A DNA stretch of 53,597 nucleotides, counting the filler, from Sphacelaria rigidula (Eukaryota), in assembly GCA_964200075.2 (NCBI GenBank). It is 5 parts of 5 records of this genome, joined end to end, with 100 filler letters (N's around TTAATTAATTAA, not from the genome) between each part and the next. Parts side by side here need not be neighbours in the genome. Positions count along the whole stretch, not along the records: positions 32,221 to 42,859 come from CAXNAA020006163.1; positions 42,960 to 53,597 come from CAXNAA020006164.1; 3 more parts are not named here. One strand, written 5' to 3'. Of the stretch, positions 34,011 through 44,160 are shown piece after piece. Every line of letters starts with the position of its first letter. The stretch's first letter is position 1. The notes beneath the pieces are model-generated. The model did no database searches, was not told the origin of the DNA, and saw nothing but the letters and a program-made list of their open reading frames with translations. The position numbers and the translations under genes were made by a program.

Positions 34011-37000
34011 GTGAGACGACAAGATGGCAAAGGGTACTTCTCCGCTACGCACGGGTTGCCTTGGCCTGAAGAATCGTTGTCCGGACCGTTTCTGGAGGTT
34101 TGCTGTTGACGGGGTATACGTGCGTAGTCGTGTGTGACACGCCTCCGAGACATGATCGCACGAATCGCGCCTCATTAGTTTAAGACCTTGCCTACATTCG
34201 GTGCCACGGAGTCAGGTAAAGCTCGACGTCGCAGGGCTAGTCATGGTCCATGTCTTGCGATTCCAATGGGCTTGCGATGGGGTACTTGGAACTAGGGCAG
34301 GGAGGTACCGGCATGCGACCGAACCTTGTTGCCCTACAACTCCGCGCACCTACCTTGGCTGCGGTGTCACACGGTGCTAGCCCCGTGTGGAATTGAGAAT
34401 AGCCACAAGAAAACAACACTGTTTCCTGAGGTTTTCATTGTACCGTACGAGCTGGTCTTGCGAGGAAGCATGAAAAAAACACAGCCAGAACGTTTTTCGA
34501 GATGTACAAGGAAAGCATGTGCAAAAGAAGTACATATGCTTGATGCTGATGACAAACCGAGTGAAAACCTACAGCCGCAGTTGGACTGCAAGTTGCTGGA
34601 TCATCACCACCCAACGACTTGAACCATGGAAGCCGTTTCATGCTGGTTGATACACCAACGTGTCATGATTCAAAGTTCGACGCCTCTTTCCCTGCTGCTC
34701 AACACGTCTGTGTCCATGAAAATGACAAAGTGTACGACTGTTCTTCGTTCCTCGAAGACAAGAAGACTCACCTCGAGAGATTCAGATATCTAACGACAAG
34801 CCCACGGTACACAAGACGAAATTATTCACATCTTATTGCCATGGCTCCGTGATTTGGGGCACCCACCTGCCCAATATTGCCAAACGTGGAGGAAGCCGCT
34901 CATTCTAATATCTAAGCTTGAGACACGAGGCATCGTGTAGGACCTCCAAGTGACTCGTATGACTGTACTAGACAGCTACTTGTCCTTGATTTGCTTGGGT
35001 GGGGTTTGAAACGTCCAGATAACACGCGGCAGGTCGCCGCAGGTCCCCAACCAGCTTCTGCTGGCCATACTGCCCTTGTAAAATCATCACCTAGGATTTG
35101 AGATTCTGTCGAGGCTAGTAAGTAGTATGACTGGCGTGTTGGGATTTATACTCACCGCAACCTCTCCACTGACATTTGCTAGGCTACGCTCCTCCAATCG
35201 TACAAACGCAAGGAGAATCGCAACCATCTCGAGGGTAGTGCGTCGACAGAAAGTTGATATCCGCAGAATAAGTTCAATTAAATAGACCGTGCCCCAGCTG
35301 CGGCAGTGCCATCATGGCTAGACCACACCTACGGAAGCATACGTGGTCATACGCGCATCGCCCGCATTACATCTGGTTAACTACAGGGAGCATCTGCGCT
35401 TTGGACTTCGAAAGTGGCGCGCGGAGGTCGTGCAATTCAAGATCTGCTGAACATGCTGTTCTCCAAGCCCCGGATTGAGTTTTTCGTCAATATACCCCTT
35501 TCTTCGCGCTCCCGTGTGTTCGACCTCCCTTGTCCGCTCTTGACCTCCAGGCATGGCCTCTCACACAAGTCGGCACAGTATCGCGTCATGTTCCCGGGGA
35601 TGTGTCACAGGTGGTGGATGGGGTCAGCGGCAACGGTGGCTTAGACGAGGAGAACGACATCAAATCCGTGGTCTCAAAGGGGAACGTAACCATGATCCGC
35701 TCGTCGGCGTTGGTTGAACGGGAGTTTCGGGATACTGTACTATTTGTGTACAAAATGTTGTGCGCACCTCGTAGGCGACAGACGGTCGGCGCCCACGGTG
35801 GCCCCGCTTTCAGGCAAAACCGTTATTGCTGCGGAAGGCTGCAGCGTCCCTACCGCCCGAGTACCGTGGGAGGATGTTATGGAGGGAATATATTACAATG
35901 GCCAATATCCATGTGTCGGAGGTGTAGGGCACTCTGTATCAGGAGCCTAGCCTCCAATAGCATGAATGCAGTACAGTGGACGGTATTCTCATGAAGTCTA
36001 CATGGAAGCAATATGCTTGCCGTCATCGACGGTTTGTGATTGCTGTCTGTAACGTTTTTATGATGGTTTCGCTATGGTATGGCTGTTGACATGTCCCTTT
36101 TGGAAGACCGTACGGGGTGTCCGGAACCATAGCAGGCCGTTTCGTGCACTCAGGCCAAGTCAGCCTCTATGGAGATAATCGTGCACGACTTGGACAGGCT
36201 CGGTATCACATTATATAGAGCTACTGTCCGAAAATAGATTTTGGATATGCAGCCAAGGAATGTGTCACAAACGCGAAGTAACAGGGATTGAAAAGCTGGA
36301 GCACAGGTATGCAGTGTTGATATATGATATGGCATTTGATTTTCGGCTACCCTCCGTGACGACATGCAGACTCGGACTTCTTTCCCACAGAAATGGAGAA
36401 ACGACAGGTTTTCGATTGACTAGTTGAGAAGATCGGCGACGAATCACGCCTCGTCTCAACGTGTTATGACATGTCACAGCACCCCAAGGGCTCAACATCA
36501 TCCCTGATACTCCCAAGAACCGCAAGGCCACAAAAATACTGCGGAAGAGTCGTGGCGTGCGCCGTTGAGGGGCTCCCGTGAGTGGAACGGCGTGAAGAAA
36601 CAGTGCTGCTTTCGGGGGTACATATATCTCAACTTGGAAGTGGAAGCTTGCATGGCCTTGGGGGAGACAGTCTTGCGAGCTTCCCATCTAGAATACAGAG
36701 GAATGGGAAGGGTACACGAAAACAATGCAAGAACTAGAAAGAAGCCGAGAAATAATCACAGCCTTTTCCCCATCGTTTACAACATAAATTGGATGCTCCA
36801 TACATAGTAACGAGGCCCCACGGCCAGCCGTTCTCACGCCTTCTTGTAAACGCCATCTGTTGCTACAGTCACATCGTTCAAGCCGAGAAATCGCCGTTGA
36901 AATTCTCGCAGTGTATTTTTCTTCTCTACTCGAACGTTCTCGAACAGACAGATATTGGAAGAACCGGTCATTCATGGAAAATCTTCCCAACTCTGTGTTT

Positions 37001-37469
37001 CTGGGGCAATACGGGGTTTCAGATGTGCAGATGTTACAAAATGTGCATTTTAATTTCTGTTTGGCGCTGAAATATAAAAATGTTGGGTGCTTAAGTGAAA
37101 CAGTTCAGCTGAAAAAGGCCGTAAGATTCGGACCATACTCCATTTCGGCAGCAATCCAATTTTCATACACAACTTGTTGGAGTTCGACTCGTAGCTCAAT
37201 GGCAAATGAGATCGCAAAATTAATGTTCAAAACATTGTGACATCATTTTTGCCAGATGCGCGTGGTTGAACGGTCTCCCTCCGATCGTTTTTCTTTCCAG
37301 GAATAAATCGGTTTTCACTCAGACCTTCACGGCAAAACTCAAGTGGAAAGAGCTTGAAACTTATACCCATGGTTGACATCAATTTATTTGAGTGTGTAGG
37401 GGATCATCTTCATCGGGGGTGCTCATACCCGGTTTGTTGTCCCCAAACATTTCTTCCGTCTTCGGCGTA

Positions 37470-37865
37470 ATAATGAAATGTCTGCACATTCCTCTATGTT
37501 TGTAGTCAATGTACGGTAGCGCTTTTCTCTCATCATTCCTGGTTGTACAGTGTCTAGAGAGTACCGTTGCTATGATATGCGTCGGTTGGCATGTAACGTG
37601 TGCGGAGGAATAAATGTCCACATGCGAATAACAGCTCTTGACCAACTACACTCGAGCTCACTCCTTGGTTTCTTTTCTGAATCGTCTGAGCTCCGTACCG
37701 TCTCTTGGATACAAACATTATCCTATCTGGACCATCCGATGTCTGTGTCTGTTACATTTGTTTCTGTTGACCACGAGCGCCGTGTCATGGTCATGGTCGT
37801 TGGGTATCAGACGTGCTGGGCGGTCCGTGCTGCGATGGCAGAATCGTCATTACTACATCGGACCC
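37470..37865 (+). mobile_element. Copia-type LTR-like segment plus leader
   Basis: About 37480-37790 is homologous to the reverse complement of about 40142-40480. 37790-37860 (CAGACGTGCTGGGC..CGTGCTGCGATGGCAGAATCGTC) is homologous to the leader just upstream of the gag remnant at about 39270-39335. Confidence 0.55.
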
Positions 37866-38004
37866 TCGAGTCAATTTCAAAATGCTCTAGACCTGGCTAT
37901 CGGGAATGGAAATGCAAGATGTGCCAAACACTCGGCAATCATTCGCTAGACATGCTGAGAGTCTCGGACGGGGCTCCGTGTCCCTCTGCCTCGTCTACCG
38001 ATTA

Positions 38005-38523
38005 CACGGGATCTTACAAATTGGGGATGGATCATTTATTGGGGATGATAAACCCGGAGGATTAAAATCTTCGTATTCGCACCAAATATTCGAAATATGA
38101 TTCCATTTCTTTACCCACTGATGGCTGTTGACAGCTGCTACACGCCATGGAAATTTGGATTTTGATCACCGAAATGTTTGGATCCCAGGTGAAAAAAACA
38201 ATTTCGGAACCATTTTGGCGTCCGCTCGGACACCCGGAATTCCACAAAACTGTTTTTTTCACCTAGGACCCCAACATTTCGGTGATCAAAATCCAAGTTT
38301 CTATGGCGTGTAGCAGTTGTCAACAGCTATCAGTAGGTGAAGAAATGGAACCATATTTCGAATATTTGGTGCGGATACGAAGATTTTAATCCTCCGGGTT
38401 TCTCATCGCCAATAAATTATCCATCCCCAATTTGCTCCGTCTCGAAAGGGATGCGTGGTCAGTGGTCACATGACTAAGGCAAGCAACAAATGAGTACGCC
38501 CCCCCAATTTGTAAGATCCCGTG
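38005..38523. mobile_element. Foldback/MITE with ~190-bp arms and CACGGG...CCCGTG ends, interrupted by a SINE
   Basis: The arms are near-perfect reverse complements. The right terminus TTTGTAAGATCCCGTG resumes after the insertion. Confidence 0.85.
38433..38505 (+). mobile_element. Short C-tailed SINE copy with TSD CCCCAATTTG
   Basis: Direct repeat at 38425-38434 and 38502-38511. The empty site is seen in the left arm of the host palindrome. Confidence 0.85.
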
Positions 38524-38659
38524 TTCGATGCAGATGACGTGACGAGATGAGCCAAGGCGAACGACAACCTCTACTCCTCCTATTCTTCGCAACACAAGGG
38601 TCTGCGCATATCACCGTCAAAGTGCATGAAGCTACCTTTGCAACTGAATCTCTTGGCGA

Positions 38660-39335
38660 CGAGTCAAGCTGAACCACTTCCCAGTTCATGTCAGCAGCGG
38701 TCGCGAGCACCATCCGAATGATTTGGAGTCTGCAAACGGGAGCAAAGATGCCGCCGTAGTCTCTGCCGGGCACTTGGTTCCAGCCCTGGGCCACAAGTCT
38801 GGCTTTATATGTGTTGTCTGGCTTGACTTTGAAGACCCTGTAACCATAGGTGTCGCAGAAGTGACCGCTGCCGTTATGTTGGATATCTTTGTGTTTTATG
38901 ATGTCCAACAGCGGAGAAGGGAAACCCAAACGATGAGTTGCCTTGGTCAGCCGGAAGATGAGCACCTCCAACTTGTGCGATATTGGCTTGGGCAGGCGGC
39001 TTATTGTTTAGTTCTGCCTATTTGTGGCACTCAGCGTTGGGTTGCGTGTTTGATTTGTGGTACGAACAGCACTTGGCTCCGCCGCCACCCTACTTCCAGG
39101 GCTTCATCTTGCCGCGCTTGAACTGATTCCTTTGGGCACGTTCCGGGCAGTTGCGCTGGTAGTGACCGAATGCTTTGCAGTTGTGGCATTGAGCATTGCC
39201 GGATGCAGTCGCCATCGCGACACCGCGTTCCGAGATTGACAGACCCGACGATTTCCGTGACAGCTCGTGCAGTAAGGACGATTCTGCCATCGCAGCACGA
39301 ACTGCCCAGCACGTCTGGGACCCGATGACCCTAAC
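38660..39335 (-). pseudogene. Ty1/Copia remnant: gag zinc knuckle and start of reverse transcriptase
   Basis: CHNCKAFGHYQRNC (CX2CX4HX4C, about 39150-39192). VFKVKPDNTYKARLVAQGWNQVPGRDYGGIFAPVCRLQIIRMVLATAADMNWEVVQLD (about 38663-38836) is the Copia RT N-terminal motif. Confidence 0.9.
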
Positions 39336-40141
39336 CAACGCGACGGGCGCGTATTTTTGTCCTAGTTAGCTAGAAACGCCCCGGGAACTTAGATTCAGGG
39401 ATGCTGTACGCCAAGTGTGCATAGCTGCTGACCGACCGCAGGTGCCGAAGCTCCGGTGTTGTGACCTCGGAGTTGCCAACTCTGGCCACGTCCCGCTGGC
39501 ACACTGGTCAGATGTTCTTCTCAGACACTACCCGTCGTCCAGTGCAGCATGAGCTTGACTCCGGCTGCAGCACGCGGTGCGAACGGGCCGGAGTCTGATC
39601 CTCAGCGGGAAGTATACGTTGTGCGCTGGCAGCAGACTTTGTTGCGCGGCTTGCACACAGACTCCTTATTTGAGGTCGGTTACACACGCGTGAAGGTGAC
39701 ACATGAACACAACACTGAAACGTGCAACGCGCTATGCATCGGCTGGAAATCAACGACGAATAGACACAAAGCTCCCGAATGCTCGATAGAATCAAAACGT
39801 GCCGTATCCTATGCAGCCTTGAACACCGGGTGATCAGTCCGTGTCCAAGCAGCAAGCGGGTTGGCTAAAAGTGATCGAACCTCCAGCCAAAGAAAGGCTC
39901 AGTCTTCTATCTATCTTGTGTATAGCAGGCCGACCGCAGACTCCCAACTTGTTCCTCGCCACTCTGCGGGCTCATACCCTTCTCAGGATATTAAAGTGTG
40001 TATCCATACAAGTGGGGGCCAGAGGCTGACTCCTACCGACGTCATTAATACTGTAGTCGGATACTCGTACAGCAAGTCGGAGAGCTTGAGCAGCAGAGTT
40101 ACAGCAGTGGTAGAAATTTAGCGCAGAAGACAATGGTTCGA

Positions 40142-40480
40142 TGTTGTAAACATGGCACTCGTGGTCAACACGAACAAATGTAACAGACAAAGACTGCTGA
40201 TGGTCCAGGTAGGACACTGCTTGTATCCAACAGACGGCACGGAACCCAGACGATTCAGAAAGGAAACCAAGGAGTGAGCTCGTGCATAGTTGGCCAAGAA
40301 GAGCTGTTCTCCAGATGTGGGATTTATTCCTCCGCATACGTTACACGCCAACCGACACAAATCATACCGATGGTACTCTCTAGACACTAGACACATACCT
40401 CGTCTACTACCAGGAATACTGAAGAACAGTGCTACTACTGTTGGTGTTGTACATTGACTACAGACGTAAAGGAAAATGTA
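40142..40480 (-). mobile_element. Copia-type LTR-like segment (ends ...TACAACA on the minus strand)
   Basis: Inverted homolog of about 37480-37790. Confidence 0.55.
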
Positions 40481-40785
40481 GGCATTTCTATAAGCACACC
40501 CGATTCATCGCGATCGTTGCCACGGTGAGAAAACAATTAGACAACCAATAACTGGACGAGACGCTCGAAGAATTACTGTTCCGAGAGGGGGCTTCGCAGT
40601 AAAAAAGGACACCCCCCCAGAATAGCTGATACGCTGGCTTGGTCTCACTGCACATACATCTTATCTGCATAGGCCGGCTACATACCTAAGGGCAGATGGA
40701 CTATTGTTGCAGTGACTGTGTAGGGCGGCGGGTATGTCTCCAACGTCCAACATCCAAGACTCCTAGAAGACATCTCGCAGTTTAA

Positions 40786-40978
40786 CTCCTTAACCCTTAG
40801 ACCGCGAGATTAGTCTTTCTTGATTTCCCCACTTGAAATTGATGCCGATTTAACGTAAGACTAACCTCGCGGTCTAAGAGTTAACCGCGAGGGTAGGTCA
40901 CCTGCTGAATCAGCATCAATACTCACTTTTAAAAAGTATAGGTCATCCAGACGAACTACCCGCACCGCGGTCTAAGGG
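40786..40978. mobile_element. piggyBac-like mini-MITE (40794-40880, TTAA TSD) adjoining or nested in a second family member
   Basis: TTAA-CCCTTAGACCGCGAG...CTCGCGGTCTAAGAG-TTAA. The second unit ends CGCGGTCTAAGGG at 40978. Confidence 0.8.
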
Positions 40979-41990
40979 TTATAAATGCAGCAAGATATAT
41001 GGTATACGGTACACAGTCTCAACTGTTGTACCTATACCGTAAAAACAGGACACCAATGGGATCCCTGCGGTAGTAGTGGGGTCGTACGTGTATCTGCTGC
41101 AGGGGCCACAGACTAATATACGCGGTCTTTGTCTGTGGAAAACCAGTTAGCACGGACCAGCAAGATATTGGCGCAGCTATTCAAGTAGGCTGTCTACATG
41201 GAGAGAGCCATCATTCTACCCGTGAACAGTACCGAATCCGCATCCAAAAAGCGGGCAGGACAAAACCCCCACTGTTGTGGTTCACCAAGTCTCAGCAACT
41301 GCATCGCCCTACCCGTCGCACGGAGCTGACACGCGAAGCGCAACACGCGAAGCGTATGTACAGCCAGCCGAAGCGGCAGCCATCATGCATGCCACACATG
41401 TCGCGTGCTGCAAAATAGCAATCGCCATGATTGTTTTGTCTTCAACCTCTTTCGCGGAAGGAGACATGCATCCGAGAGCCCTTATTTCCACGATTTGTAC
41501 AAGATAACGATGCAGTCCTTTTATGTTATTCTCTGTTGCATGGTGTTGACTCCACCCTGCATAGATGGCCATCAAGAGCGAGAGCTTACATCAGGTGTGG
41601 TGGTTGAAAGTGGGAAAGCGGGGAGGCGGGACCCCCTCATTTTCATATACTTTTTACTACTGTTCTTGCCACTGAACTGTATGTGTTACAGTAGTACTGG
41701 ATACGAGTATGGAACGGTATTCGGGGTCATGATTTCAATTCAAACACTGTTTGGGGTGAAGAGAAAGTTGCTCCGAGGGTCTTGTTGGTTTCCTGCCGGG
41801 AGTGACTTACCCACCCCATCTTCACCCCCTCACTACCATTTACAGCGTTCTCCCCACTTCAGCCTATTGCTCAACACAAACCCGAGATCTTCTTCTGCCC
41901 CAACTTGGACCGCCCGACCATCACCTCTACAATCTAAGCAGGGTGTTCATAGGCGAATCACCGCCTGCGTCTTACCCGAAGTTTACGAAA

Positions 41991-42112
41991 ATGGCCATCT
42001 CATCAAGTGCTACCCTCTTGGCCGGGGTGACGGGGATGCTGGCTGCTGCGACTACGACTCGGGCGCTCACAGTCACGACGCCTTCGGAAGGCATGGTTGT
42101 GCCCTCTGGCAG
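41991..42112 (+). CDS. First coding exon of a probable secreted protein
   Basis: AAAATGG start context. MAISSSATLLAGVTGMLAAATTTRA is signal-peptide-like (TRA-L cleavage) and is followed by LTVTTPSEGMVVPSG and an AG|GTGAAT donor. The remainder is presumably past the contig end. Confidence 0.55.
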
Positions 42113-42859
42113 GTGAATCTCTTACCTCTTCAGTGAAAACAACGCGTTATTTCCATGTGGAAGATATTTGATTTTTGTAGCCGGTAAGGGGTGGTGCCTG
42201 TACTCGCTCTGTTGTCTGTACAGCAGAACTGTCCCGTATTCGGCTACTACTGTACCGCTTTGTAACAAGTCTGAAGTTGCTGAACGCCCGGAGCCAAGGG
42301 GCTCTCAAAGACTGTCAGCCAAACACCTGTGATCCCGTCGTCCTATCCATACATGTCGAGTCCCATGGCGTGTGCTCGTGTATCTGCTGTGTTGGCCATA
42401 CTGCTTCATGCCAAATACGACTATTAATATCATGTATTGTGTTGGTACTACAAAATACAGTGTAGGTCACTCCGAGATTTCAGCGAACTTCCCTGGGGAC
42501 AAGTTGGCGTTTACCGCTGACCATTGCAAGCCGTCTCGCGTCAAGCTCTCACATGATAGTCGCGAGACATACCACAGTTCGGCATTGGTGGTTGATGTGC
42601 TGTGCGTGTGGGGAGCACAGCTGTGCTGTAATGTGTACCACAGTATGAAAACTTGGAACATGCCTCGGTTTAGAGTAGGTTACTACCCTCCATCGAACCT
42701 TTGCGGCCCGCAGTTAGCGTCATGGATGCTGAGACGGTGAGAGTAGGACATCTGTGTAATCGATGTCAGAAGGCTTTTTTTTTTTTTTTTTTATCTCCGT
42801 CTTCTTTTTGTAGTTTTCCGCGTTTGCCAGGAAAAAAACGGCCGGAAAAAAAAAGAAAA

Positions 42860-42959
42860 NNNNNNNNNNNNNNNNNNNNNNNNNNNNNNNNNNNNNNNNN
42901 NNNTTAATTAATTAANNNNNNNNNNNNNNNNNNNNNNNNNNNNNNNNNNNNNNNNNNNN
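42860..42959. other. Artificial contig spacer
   Basis: N44-TTAATTAATTAA-N44. Confidence 0.98.
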
Positions 42960-43275
42960 GTAAGACTGTCCGAGTCTTGGCCTAGCATCAGCAATAATCA
43001 ATACACGACACTACGACACCACGACCCTGCAATCCTGGGACTTGTCTTATATGCTTCCGCTGCCTCATCACTGAGGATCCGCTGACCACATTCCTACTGA
43101 GCTCTCGGGTCAACGATCTTATATCCAGAAGGCAATCGCATACAGGTACCTCGTAAAGGTTTGGAGTTACGTGCAAGGCACCTAGAGGCAGCCAGCAGTA
43201 CATCAAGACAGCTGCTATCGAGAATCCTTACCAATACTTTGGTTATGCGCCTGTCCTTTCTTATGATCTGTTTCA

Positions 43276-43312
43276 TGGTGTCCAATCCGAGAATCGAACT
43301 CGGGTTTCCACC
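43276..43312 (+). promoter_or_regulatory. Extended tRNA primer-binding site (tRNA-His-like)
   Basis: The reverse complement reads GGTGG-AAAC-CCGAG-TTCGATT-CTCGG-ATTGGAC-A-CCA, i.e. a whole T-arm, acceptor strand and CCA. Confidence 0.8.
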
Positions 43313-43924
43313 CCTTTTTAGGGGGAAGATGCCATTCCCCTTCCAGGCGCCGATCGCATTTCTCTTCCAGTAGCCAATCCTATTCTCCTTCCAACGATCG
43401 CTCATCACCCAAGAGTAGAACCCATAGACGCGCCAATTCCTCCTACAATCTTCATGCTTCACCCAGGCGCAGTCAGTGCCCATCTCGACATCGCCAACGT
43501 TCTCGTGACCGCTGAGTCATAGTTTCAACCGCCGTCGCCACGAGGGGTCCACGAATAGTCGAGAGATACGGCGCTCAAGGACCAGGTCTTCGACTACCGC
43601 GACAAATTCTGGCGGGTGCGGTACACGGACCAAGATCGGGGAAAACTGTCTTGGCGGGAGCTTCAAAGGTTGGCCCAAGTTAGCGACCCACACGAATAAG
43701 GGACAACTTGTACTTGATGTCGGTGTAAACATTGCAGTTTTGAAGGTTGTTTTCCGCGGAGTTGGGAGGTATTTTCTTACGGGCGTCCCTAGCAACTGTT
43801 CTTTTTTCCGTTACGTAGGAAGGATGCATCATTCATATCATCAGAGGCCGTGGGGGCTTACTGTGGTTAATCTGCCCGCATGATGGTATCATTTGTTCTG
43901 CCTACACAGAGGGTACGTTCCGTC

Positions 43925-44160
43925 AGGAGGTTTTCTTCCCGTTGCCGGATTTCCCCCGTCTTGTGGTGGTGGTTTTTCCCTGCTATGAGGGTTTTTGTTC
44001 CACTTTCGAGACCTTTTTCTTATTTTTTCGTGCCTTAGCTACTGAGAGCGCGTTCTGTTAGGGGGTTTTCTTCCCGTTGCTGGGTTTTCCCCGTCTTGTG
44101 GTGGCGATTTTTTCCTACTATGCGGGTTTTTGATCCACCTTCGAGACCTTTTTTTTTTTC
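43925..44160 (+). repeat. Two ~95-bp direct repeats in the 3' UTR of the LTR element
   Basis: GGTTTTCTTCCCGTTGC...CCCCGTCTTGTGGTGG...TTCGAGACCTTTTT at about 43929 and about 44064. Confidence 0.85.

Noticed and set aside
39513-39825. Solo LTR with TGTTC...GAACA ends
   Set aside because: The flanks TCAGA and CCGGG do not form a TSD, and there is no second copy in the window.
41405-42136. 243-aa plus-strand ORF
   Set aside because: No motifs. The plausible coding exon within it (41991-42112) is in another frame.
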